A stretch of 64,000 bases of DNA from IMG/VR virus record IMGVR_UViG_3300026484_000295, positions 108,405 through 172,404 of that record; one strand, written 5' to 3'. Of this stretch, positions 50,229 through 59,763 are shown piece after piece (the first letter of the stretch is position 1; each line of letters opens with the position of its first letter). The translations under genes and the position numbers were made by a program. The notes beneath the pieces were generated by a model. The model did no database searches. It was not told where the DNA came from and was given only the letters and a program-made list of their open reading frames with translations. The stretch comes from a virus.

Positions 50229-50843
50229 ATGATAAATAGTATAAATGATATTGATAAAATTCTATTAGAATTTAATTTAGAAAATTACAATAATCAATAT
50301 ATTGATGATATTATAAATTATATATTGGTAGAAAATAGTACTGTTTCATCATTAATTACAGAAATCCCCGAAATTATATCCAGTAAAAAAATTTTTGATG
50401 GTCAATTTGATTATTCGTTTGATCCAATATTAAACGAAAGTAATATATTATTAGTTGAATTAGTCCAGCCAATAATCGAAAAAGTCATTCCATCACATAT
50501 ATATAGAAGTTTTACTAATTTACATATAAATCACATAACTTCAGAAATATTAAATATTGATATTAGTGATGTTATAAATATTAATGAAATTAAAGAAAAA
50601 ATAGCTGAAGCCTTTTTATCTGGTAATATCACAATACCTGTACAATCTTTACGAACCGAACTTATTACAGATAATACAGTTAAACATGGGTTATTTGCAC
50701 CATCATTGTTTAAACTTGTAAAGTTAGATAAATTAAGTACCGCTAAAACTATTAATGATTTAGTTTACTCACTCGATACTGATATATATAAAATTAATAT
50801 TATCTCAAAATTATTACAAATAAAAAAGGATTCTATATGCTAA
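50229..50843 (+). CDS. Hypothetical late protein
   Basis: Late promoter and RBS upstream; LLE, LVE and LNE sites near the N-terminus. Confidence 0.6.
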   Translation: MINSINDIDKILLEFNLENYNNQYIDDIINYILVENSTVSSLITEIPEIISSKKIFDGQFDYSFDPILNESNILLVELVQPIIEKVIPSHIYRSFTNLHINHITSEILNIDISDVININEIKEKIAEAFLSGNITIPVQSLRTELITDNTVKHGLFAPSLFKLVKLDKLSTAKTINDLVYSLDTDIYKINIISKLLQIKKDSIC

Positions 50844-51454
50844 CAGAAGAATTACGTATATTAGCCGGATTACAAGAATCAAAAGAAATAATAAATCCAT
50901 TACCAAAAATAATTAAAAATGAAGAAAATCATAACAAATTAATTAAATTACGTAAAGAAAATGAACAAAAAACGATATTAAGCCATTTTCAAATATTTGA
51001 AAATAAATTTGATAATGTATTAAATATAATAAAGCGATTTGATAATTTGATAAAAAATAAAGATATATTCATGGATGGTATAATAGACGGTAAATATCAA
51101 TACTTACAAAAAGCAATTGAAACAATGATAAATGATTCTACCGTAGACTTTATGAGATTTATAAAAAATAATAAAGCTAATTTAATAAAAGAATTTGATA
51201 GATTTGATTGTATTAAAGTGAACATAGATGAATCGAAGCTTAAGGATTTTTTTGTAGCATCAGATTTAAACAAGACTTTATATACAGATATTTCATTAAA
51301 AGAGAAAAAAGATAATATTGCTATTGAATATGGAGATCATATTTTAATATTGGATGGAGATTTGGCTATTATAAAAAAAAATAATAAACGTTTTTATTTT
51401 AAATTAACAGAGAAAGAAATTTTATATATGATAGATAATAATATATTATTATAA
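50837..51454 (+). CDS. Hypothetical late protein, candidate internal head protein
   Basis: N-terminus MLTEELRILAGLQES resembles the scaffold C-terminus LMSLAGI. Confidence 0.6.
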   Translation: MLTEELRILAGLQESKEIINPLPKIIKNEENHNKLIKLRKENEQKTILSHFQIFENKFDNVLNIIKRFDNLIKNKDIFMDGIIDGKYQYLQKAIETMINDSTVDFMRFIKNNKANLIKEFDRFDCIKVNIDESKLKDFFVASDLNKTLYTDISLKEKKDNIAIEYGDHILILDGDLAIIKKNNKRFYFKLTEKEILYMIDNNILL

Positions 51455-51504
51455 AACAAATTTCAATATAAATAACAATAATAATCAAAATAGAAGGAAA
51501 AAAA

Positions 51505-52071
51505 ATGAACATAACACGTTATATACAAGAATTATCTCTATTAGAAGAATCTGAAAGAAAATCATATATTACTCATTTAGAAATAAAAAATTATGGTTCA
51601 AATGAATTAACTGAAACTGAAATGTGGATATTAACAAATGCTAGTCAAAATGCAGAGTATCTTAATGATAAATTAAAAGAAGCCGAAGAATTATCATTGG
51701 ATTTAGAAGCTCCAGAAGAAACAGAAGAAGTAACTATTGAACCTGATTTGACCGTGGATGATGAAAGTGATAGTGAAGAGTTAAGTTTAGATATACCTAT
51801 AAACCCAGAATCAGCAACTGAAATAGACTCTGATACTACTAATGATGAAAAAAATACAGAATTAAGTTTAGATATATCTGATGAAGAATCAAGTGAAAAT
51901 GATCAAGTAAGTACAGATAAAGATTCATCAGAGAAAAAAGAAATAGAAACTTCAAAAGAAGGAATTGGTATCCTACCTTTATTAGGTGAAATTCAAGAAA
52001 AATTAGCAAATGGTAAACCATCAGAAGTTGAATTAGCAGCACTTAAAGCATTAAAGAAATTAGTAGGTTAG
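51505..52071 (+). CDS. Hypothetical acidic late protein, candidate prohead core protein
   Basis: TATAAATA at 51467-51474, ELSLD repeated several times, C-terminal LKKLVG. Confidence 0.6.
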   Translation: MNITRYIQELSLLEESERKSYITHLEIKNYGSNELTETEMWILTNASQNAEYLNDKLKEAEELSLDLEAPEETEEVTIEPDLTVDDESDSEELSLDIPINPESATEIDSDTTNDEKNTELSLDISDEESSENDQVSTDKDSSEKKEIETSKEGIGILPLLGEIQEKLANGKPSEVELAALKALKKLVG

Positions 52072-52077
52072 TATATT

Positions 52078-52617
52078 TTAAATATATGATTTGATATATT
52101 CTAATATTGGGTTTATATTATTTTCTGAACTGATAAAAGATTTGTATCTGATTTTATTCTGGAATAGTTGGTATTTAATTAAATTATCTATATGTGTTGA
52201 TTCCTCTAAATTTTGAACTCTGCCAGATTGTTCATAATTTATTTCTAGATTACGTTCTAAATAGATATTGATATTTTCAGATTCACTAAACCATTTTAAT
52301 ATTGCTGCTTGAGTTTTATCTTTATCTGATGTATTATCAGGGTTTATCATATTATATACTAAACCATGTAATAAACACCCATCAGTTATAATAAAATCTG
52401 TTTTATTATTCAATGCCTGAATTAATTTATTTTGATAATATGATACATGGTATTGGTTATTTAATAAATCAAATTCTTCAGTCCATACTAATTGTTTCGC
52501 ATATTCTGGAACAATTTCACAATTCATTCCAGACATTTTCATATTTGCAAAAATTAATGATGTCATTACAGATTTACCAACTCCAGGACCAGCTATAAAA
52601 TTAATAACTTTACTCAT
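52078..52617 (-). CDS. P-loop kinase (AAA_28 / NadR kinase-like)
   Basis: INF..GPG.GKS, EYAK..VW, Q......L....D..ITD and Y...GR.Q. Start at 52617 has an AAGG RBS. Confidence 0.8.
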   Translation of the reverse strand: MSKVINFIAGPGVGKSVMTSLIFANMKMSGMNCEIVPEYAKQLVWTEEFDLLNNQYHVSYYQNKLIQALNNKTDFIITDGCLLHGLVYNMINPDNTSDKDKTQAAILKWFSESENINIYLERNLEINYEQSGRVQNLEESTHIDNLIKYQLFQNKIRYKSFISSENNINPILEYIKSYI

Positions 52618-52725
52618 GTACCATACCTTGATGTTTTTTAACATTATACATTTTTTAAAAAAATTGTTACTCTAATCTTTAAAATAAAAGTATAAATAAA
52701 GATAAATTAACTTAATGGAGCGAAT

Positions 52726-54888
52726 ATGATTAAGATTGAAACGTTAGAAAATTCAAAATATAAATTTGGATATCCGTATAATGATTCGATAGACGCTTTT
52801 TTTGAAAGTCTACCCGAAAGTTTTATAAATGTTTATAATCTAACTGATACCGAAATAACTCTTATAAATGAATATAAAAATAAAGTATTAGAACTAGACA
52901 GATCATTATTTAAAAGTCTTTTAGAAATCAACACCTTTATATTTGAATTTGATAATGTTGGAAAGGTTCTACACGATGATTATGATATACTTATGAATGA
53001 TTATAGATCTTTATTAGTTGAATTAGATAATTTACGTATAGAATTTGATCAAATAGCTGAAACATTTGAAGCATATTCTGATACAATCTCACAATTTAAT
53101 GATGATATTGTGAAATTGGATGAATTGATATTATATTATTCGAGTAAATTGGTTAATAATACATATGTATATAATAGTGATTATATTGATAAAACTACAT
53201 CAGATTTAATGGTGATTGATGATGTGATTGATCAATCTAATCAAGAATTTCTATATTATAAAGATAAACTTAAAATTACTATCGATGAAATGATTTCAAA
53301 AAAATCAAATCTAGGAGACTATAATTTTTATCAAGTAAGTTTAAAGATTTCATATGAAGAATGGCTCAAAAGACCTGAAGAGTATTATAAAAAATTAGTA
53401 GCATATTTTAAAGAAGAATATGATTCGATATGGACCTATGGTAGTAGTCTGATGTATGATGAACATTTAGAGTATGTTAATATTTCTAAAGCCTTAGTTG
53501 AAGAAACATATTATACAATGCGAAGTAATTTATTTAAAAATTATTCATTTGAAATTGAGAAGGAAATAAAACTTTATTCTTTAGAATGGTTAGAAAATCA
53601 TGAAACATTTGAATATGATGAATTTACAATCGTAATAGAAAAAAAGAAAAAAGATATTATAGAATCTAGATTAATAGAAATCGAAGATATTATATCGTCT
53701 TCATCTTTTGCATTAAACTCCGTTATTTCAAAAGAAGATATGGACGCATATTATTTGTATAAAGAAATAGTATTAGAGAAACGAAAATATATATATCTTC
53801 ATATTGATAATGTTGTAGATGACATGCTTGAAAATTATGATATACGTATTGAAGAGTTATATTCAACATATTTAAAAGTTGAAAATAAGCTTAATCAATC
53901 AACATATTGGATTTATTATTATGATTTAGAACAATATAAATATATACGTGATGATTTGCAACGTCAAATAACTCTTTCGGATCTAATAATTAGTCAAGAA
54001 GCTCAGCAAACTTTAAATAATAATGAAGAATACATTTCAAAAATTAATTTTTATACTTTGGAAAAAGATTCTTTACTATTAAAAATAGATAATTTGATAG
54101 AATTAAAAGATAAGATTGAAATTGAAAAAAATGTATATAGTGATGAAATAACAATAAAAGAATCAAAATTATTTGAAATGTTGGAAAAAAAAGAAGAATT
54201 AGTGAATAGTTATAAAAATTATTTTATGACTAGATTAGATTTTTATATTAATAATATTATACAGAGAGATATAGATATTTATACTATTATTGCAGAAGGA
54301 TTTAATCTATCATATACATTACAATTAGACGAATTAGATAGTACAATCCCAAATAATATTTCATGGTATGATAAAGATGATAAAGATAAATTAATCAGTT
54401 ATTACTATTATATACTTGATGAATTAAAAAATAATTTAAGTAAACAATGGGAAGTAGAATTTAATCATGAAATTTATATTGGCGAGTATATTAAAACTAT
54501 GAATGATTATCTAAATATAGTTATTCTTGAATATTTTGCTTGGAGTAATAAATTTTTATTAGATGAAATCTTTGATAACGAATTAAACTTAAATATTGAT
54601 ATGTATGAAAATAAACTATTTAATATATTTGAGAAATTATCAGAGAAAGCACTCAAATATAATATTAATATTGTGGTTAAAAAAGATATGTTTAATTATG
54701 AAAACGAACAAGTTTTTTATATTGATAATGATCTAGGTAATATCGAAGGTATTAACAAAATTTTTAAAGGTATATTGGATAATATTCGATACATATTAGT
54801 ATCTAAAAATAATGAATATAGATCTTTAATAGATAAGATTAAAGAAAATATAGAAATTAATAAAATATGGGAACAAATTGGGGTATAA
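52726..54888 (+). CDS. Hypothetical late coiled-coil protein (720 aa)
   Basis: TATAAATA at 52691-52698, GGAG RBS; acidic, Tyr/Ile-rich and helical. Confidence 0.7.
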   Translation: MIKIETLENSKYKFGYPYNDSIDAFFESLPESFINVYNLTDTEITLINEYKNKVLELDRSLFKSLLEINTFIFEFDNVGKVLHDDYDILMNDYRSLLVELDNLRIEFDQIAETFEAYSDTISQFNDDIVKLDELILYYSSKLVNNTYVYNSDYIDKTTSDLMVIDDVIDQSNQEFLYYKDKLKITIDEMISKKSNLGDYNFYQVSLKISYEEWLKRPEEYYKKLVAYFKEEYDSIWTYGSSLMYDEHLEYVNISKALVEETYYTMRSNLFKNYSFEIEKEIKLYSLEWLENHETFEYDEFTIVIEKKKKDIIESRLIEIEDIISSSSFALNSVISKEDMDAYYLYKEIVLEKRKYIYLHIDNVVDDMLENYDIRIEELYSTYLKVENKLNQSTYWIYYYDLEQYKYIRDDLQRQITLSDLIISQEAQQTLNNNEEYISKINFYTLEKDSLLLKIDNLIELKDKIEIEKNVYSDEITIKESKLFEMLEKKEELVNSYKNYFMTRLDFYINNIIQRDIDIYTIIAEGFNLSYTLQLDELDSTIPNNISWYDKDDKDKLISYYYYILDELKNNLSKQWEVEFNHEIYIGEYIKTMNDYLNIVILEYFAWSNKFLLDEIFDNELNLNIDMYENKLFNIFEKLSEKALKYNINIVVKKDMFNYENEQVFYIDNDLGNIEGINKIFKGILDNIRYILVSKNNEYRSLIDKIKENIEINKIWEQIGV

Positions 54889-54890
54889 CA

Positions 54891-57800
54891 ATGTTTGAAG
54901 AGAAATTTAATGATTTAGTAATTGGTATCAATGCCTTTATTATAAAGACAAAAAAAACTTTAGTTTTTGAAACACTTGAAGAAAAAATCGATTTTTATCA
55001 TAATTTAGTTGATAATTTTAATTTTTATACGTTACTTATAAGTGAGTTGAGTGATGAAGTAGATAAAGATAAATATATAGATATTTATTCATCATTAAGT
55101 GATTATAAAGAAGATTTAAATAATGCATTTGCTATTATTAAAGATAACCCAATTATCAAAGCTTATATTGAAGATTTAAATAATGATATTGTAACGAAAG
55201 GATTATATTCTGAAATATATAATTATGAACGAAGTTTAGTAAATACACCATTACATAAAATAGATATTGAGTATATTCAAAGAGTGATGGATGTTGTTAA
55301 TAATTATAATATTGAACTATTTGAATTTTATAAAAATAATCCGTATAACGTAGATGAAAATGTAGGTTTAGTAATTCCAGAAAAAGTAGAATGTATAGAT
55401 AAAAACGATTTTACAAATAAAATATACAATTATTTACTTGAATTATTTAATATTTATAAAATACAGAATAAAGTATTATTGGAAGAATTAGAGGTTCAAG
55501 AAAAAAATATTGAGGAATTACTCTTTGAAACTAATACAATACTTCGAGAATATAATAATAACAAAGAAATCTACGAATATGGTATGACCGCAGAAGAATA
55601 TTATAATGTTGTTAATACACGTATAGATACATTAAATGATTATATTTCTAGATTAATAAATTTCGAAATTGAAAGATTTTATAATAAATATATTTCATTT
55701 GAAGTATTACAAATTCAAATAAAAAGCTTAATATCGTATTATACAGATAATGGTTTATATAAAGAATTTTTAGATAAAATTAAATTTAACAATCTCTTAG
55801 AAGAATTGCAGTCGATTCTAACATTAATAGAATACGGTAAAATTAATATTGATAAAAATTATATAGTTGATAATATTAATTTAAAGGATATTACTTTAGA
55901 AATTGTTAAATTATCATCTATATTAAGACAAAAAATTTATTATGTTGAAAATATTAATATTACTGGTGTACCAATACTTAAAGAGTTTGAGTTTTATCAA
56001 ACTGCAGACTTTCTAGAAAGTATTAAAAAATACTATTATAATTTAGTTAATAATACTATCTCAAATAGTTCACAATTAACAGTATATGAAATAGGTGATA
56101 ATACTATTGATAATATTCGTAATGAGTTCTTAAATATATATGCTAATTATAAAAAAATGATTTCATTTCCTATTCAATATATGACTTTATACCAAATTGA
56201 AGATTACATCAATAAAATTATTAAAACTCAAGAAGAATTAAAAAAAGTAGCTACCATATTTTATAATTCTGCAATCTTAACTTCGCCCCCAACATATAAA
56301 ACAAGTATTGAAAATCAATTTAATCTTGTTTTATATGAGATGAAAGAAGATTTAATAAATGTATCTAATTTAAAAAATACAAAATCTCTCGATAGTTTAG
56401 ATGAAAACTATGAATATGCAAATATAATAATGGATAAAATTCAAAATAATTTAAATGTATTGAAAGATATTATAGCTTTATCTGATAAGACCATTCTTAT
56501 GGGATATAAAGAATTTATATCTGATAAGTTAATAAGTAAAATCGATATTATGTTTGCAAAATTAAAGCAATTTTATAATAATAAACAATATATAGAACTT
56601 ATCGAATATTATAATATTGAATATAAGAAAAATCTAATAGATTTTAATTTTATGTATAGTTTAGAAAATTATACTGAGTTATTATCAGGTATTATTGAAG
56701 ATGAACAAAATATTGATAAATTATTCATGGATGCACAACTATCTAAAGAAATTGATAGTTCTATGGAATACATACAAGTATTTTTAATAGAATTAATAGA
56801 AGAAGAAAAATATAAAACTATAAGAGTAGAAATCTATAAAAGTCTTGATAATCTATATAGTTATTTTATTGATGATGATATTTATGATTTAACATTTTTA
56901 AATAATGAAAAAAAGCTAAAAAAACTCTATTTGGATAATATCTTAATAAAGGCAAATTATATTTATTGGTATGACCAAATTATCAATGTTATAGATCGAT
57001 TCAATCATATTGATAAGACATTATTTAGTAGTGGCTTATTAAATTCTAAAGTGTCAGAATTTAATTCATATACATTATTAGAACAAATAGAAAATCTAAT
57101 TATGAATCAATATAGAATTATTGCAGATATTAATAGAATGATACAAGAAGGGATATCTAATACTTATGATAAAAGCATTGAAAACACTATTGAAACTATT
57201 GATAAATTTAATATTAAATTTATAGAGGATTTTAACAAATATCAAAAATTAGTTGAAAATATTGAAAAAATAGAAGCAAGTTTTAAGATAGATTTAGAAT
57301 TTAATACCAAAATATTAAAAGCTAAAGAAGAATGGGATAATTTGATTGAATCGAATAATATAAGAGATATAATCCCAGTCTCATATAGTGATATAGAAAT
57401 TATAACGGGTAATATTCCTTTTAATGTTGACTTTAGTGCTAGACCAGAAATTATAGAATTTAATAGTAATGATGTAGTTGAAACAACCTTTAAATGGTAT
57501 ATTGATGGTAATGTTATAGAAGGGGATAAAATAAATTATACCTTTTATAGAGAAGATAATTATAAAATTGAGTGTGAAATGTATTATCCTGATGGTCGTA
57601 TTTCTACTCGTAGAATTGAATTAGAATTGGGGGGACCAACAAATTCACAAATTGTTAAAGAATCAAGCTTATTATATAATCCTATAAAAAATATTAATCA
57701 ACCGAAACTAACTTATTTTGATAAAGAATTAAATATACAGCGAACAATACCTCTTATTATAGATGGTGATTTATCACCAATGATCGATGAAGGCAATATT

Positions 57801-59282
57801 AAAATAGCATTGGATGATAATGATTTATTAGAGAACAAAGTAGGGTATATTATAATGGGTTATGAAGGTGTAATATTTGCAGGACAAGATTTTGATACAA
57901 ATCAAATATTTTCTGATGATTTTGAATTTCCTAATGATAATGAATTTTTATTTGATTTTCATGTTAGCGATCCCGTTATAGGTAAGTCATATTTAACAAT
58001 TAAAAACTCTAAATTAGTACAATATATGATTAAATTATCACCTGAGAGAATTAATTCAGTCTATGAGATAGATGATGCGTCAATATTTTTAGATTATAGT
58101 ATAGAAGAAACTGAAATAATTAATGGTGATTTAATCCTTATGAAGAATATTTCTGGTAGATATATGGTTTTTGAAATTGTTGAGATAAATGAAAATACTA
58201 ATACAGAGTTAGAAGAATTTTACTTTGAGATGAATTTTAAGTTTTATATTAATATTGCTATAAATGAATATGAACGTTCAACATTTAAACCCTTAACTAC
58301 CAATTATGTCGTACCAACATTGGTTTTTGAGTTAGATTCTAAAGAAATTTTTAACTCTCTTATTTCTAGACTTGAAAAGATAGAATCACTTAAATTGGAA
58401 TTGGATACAAATAATGATTATGAAATGGCAATAAATATACGTAATGAAATAGAATTATTAGAAAATGAAAATAAAAACTTTTTTATTTTTGAAGAATTAA
58501 ATCATATTATGATAAATATAAATCAACTTAAAGATAGTATGGTGGATTTTAATTCGTGTATTATAGATGAAAATAATGTTGATGATTGTATTAATATTGA
58601 AGAATACGCTCATAAGTATAGAAATGAAATCGATACTTATACTACTTTTGATCAGTTAGTAAATAATATAACTAGTGTAACTTTTAAGGATAATATCATT
58701 CATAAGAAAATCATATTGTCTTATTACCAGGAAGAATATGAATTATTATCCTTATTAATTGATACTTTTAGTTATAATAATTTTAATATTTTATATTTTA
58801 AAGAAAAACTTAGTATTATCTTATCTAATGATATAATATTTAAAAATGAAAATAACTATAATCTATTTATATATGAGGTGGTTGAATTAATACGTAAGAG
58901 ATTGTATAAACTTAAATTGGTTACTAACATGCTTATAATGAGTACTAAAAATAATATAGTCCTCACAACGCCTTATTTACGTTATTCTACCGATACTAAT
59001 GATAATATTGTTTCATATGAAGAAGATAATATGTATTTATTTTATAAAAAATTAGAATTAAAATATGGATATGAAAATTTAAAATTGGAAGAAGGTGAAA
59101 AATTGATAGATTTCCTTGCTGATATAGTTTCAAAATCTAAAAAACTTTTTGGTAAAGGACTTTCAGAAGATGAAGAAGATAATCTGTCTAACTATATTAA
59201 TACTTTAGAAGATCTTTTAATAACTGAATATGATAATTTTTTTATGATTCCATATTGGGTGGATTATTTAAAACAAAAATAA
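54891..59282 (+). CDS. Large hypothetical protein with a central PKD/Ig-like domain
   Basis: P..V.FSA...FKW..DG....G....YTF.....Y...C pattern flanked by helical regions. ATG at 54891 preferred over 54867. Confidence 0.65.
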   Translation: MFEEKFNDLVIGINAFIIKTKKTLVFETLEEKIDFYHNLVDNFNFYTLLISELSDEVDKDKYIDIYSSLSDYKEDLNNAFAIIKDNPIIKAYIEDLNNDIVTKGLYSEIYNYERSLVNTPLHKIDIEYIQRVMDVVNNYNIELFEFYKNNPYNVDENVGLVIPEKVECIDKNDFTNKIYNYLLELFNIYKIQNKVLLEELEVQEKNIEELLFETNTILREYNNNKEIYEYGMTAEEYYNVVNTRIDTLNDYISRLINFEIERFYNKYISFEVLQIQIKSLISYYTDNGLYKEFLDKIKFNNLLEELQSILTLIEYGKINIDKNYIVDNINLKDITLEIVKLSSILRQKIYYVENINITGVPILKEFEFYQTADFLESIKKYYYNLVNNTISNSSQLTVYEIGDNTIDNIRNEFLNIYANYKKMISFPIQYMTLYQIEDYINKIIKTQEELKKVATIFYNSAILTSPPTYKTSIENQFNLVLYEMKEDLINVSNLKNTKSLDSLDENYEYANIIMDKIQNNLNVLKDIIALSDKTILMGYKEFISDKLISKIDIMFAKLKQFYNNKQYIELIEYYNIEYKKNLIDFNFMYSLENYTELLSGIIEDEQNIDKLFMDAQLSKEIDSSMEYIQVFLIELIEEEKYKTIRVEIYKSLDNLYSYFIDDDIYDLTFLNNEKKLKKLYLDNILIKANYIYWYDQIINVIDRFNHIDKTLFSSGLLNSKVSEFNSYTLLEQIENLIMNQYRIIADINRMIQEGISNTYDKSIENTIETIDKFNIKFIEDFNKYQKLVENIEKIEASFKIDLEFNTKILKAKEEWDNLIESNNIRDIIPVSYSDIEIITGNIPFNVDFSARPEIIEFNSNDVVETTFKWYIDGNVIEGDKINYTFYREDNYKIECEMYYPDGRISTRRIELELGGPTNSQIVKESSLLYNPIKNINQPKLTYFDKELNIQRTIPLIIDGDLSPMIDEGNIKIALDDNDLLENKVGYIIMGYEGVIFAGQDFDTNQIFSDDFEFPNDNEFLFDFHVSDPVIGKSYLTIKNSKLVQYMIKLSPERINSVYEIDDASIFLDYSIEETEIINGDLILMKNISGRYMVFEIVEINENTNTELEEFYFEMNFKFYINIAINEYERSTFKPLTTNYVVPTLVFELDSKEIFNSLISRLEKIESLKLELDTNNDYEMAINIRNEIELLENENKNFFIFEELNHIMININQLKDSMVDFNSCIIDENNVDDCINIEEYAHKYRNEIDTYTTFDQLVNNITSVTFKDNIIHKKIILSYYQEEYELLSLLIDTFSYNNFNILYFKEKLSIILSNDIIFKNENNYNLFIYEVVELIRKRLYKLKLVTNMLIMSTKNNIVLTTPYLRYSTDTNDNIVSYEEDNMYLFYKKLELKYGYENLKLEEGEKLIDFLADIVSKSKKLFGKGLSEDEEDNLSNYINTLEDLLITEYDNFFMIPYWVDYLKQK

Positions 59283-59300
59283 TAAAAATATTTTATATGA

Positions 59301-59371
59301 GAATAAATAAGATAAAATTAAGAGAAAATTATCTTAGGCGTGAATAAATAAGATAAAATTAAGAGAAAATT
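59301..59371 (+). repeat. Duplicated 30-bp late-promoter unit
   Basis: GAATAAATAAGATAAAATTAAGAGAAAATT at 59301-59330 and 59342-59371. Confidence 0.9.
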
Positions 59372-59391
59372 CGTTAGAATAGGAGAGATTA

Positions 59392-59760
59392 ATGGGACGA
59401 TTAACGGAATTATTGTCATCTAATAATGTGATTGTGGATAAAATAAAGAAAAACACATTAATTAAAACAATAGAGACTAATAACACAATTAAAAGAGAAA
59501 TGGATACCATAGGTACATTGACATTTGATGAATATCAAACAGTTAAAGATTCTATAAAACAAATTGATATGCGTAACAAAACAAGAAGAGAGATCATAAT
59601 AGGTATGTATGGAAATATTACTAATCCTAAAACTAATAAACGTTTTGTTATACCTATGCTTTCATACCAAGATGAAGATTATATATATCAATATGCAAAG
59701 TATATGAAAACATTAATTAATAGACCTGAAGAGTTTACAAAAATAATGGAAATGGAGTAG
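59392..59760 (+). CDS. Hypothetical late protein
   Basis: AGGAG RBS; first gene after the duplicated promoter. Confidence 0.65.
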   Translation: MGRLTELLSSNNVIVDKIKKNTLIKTIETNNTIKREMDTIGTLTFDEYQTVKDSIKQIDMRNKTRREIIIGMYGNITNPKTNKRFVIPMLSYQDEDYIYQYAKYMKTLINRPEEFTKIMEME

Positions 59761-59763
59761 GAA

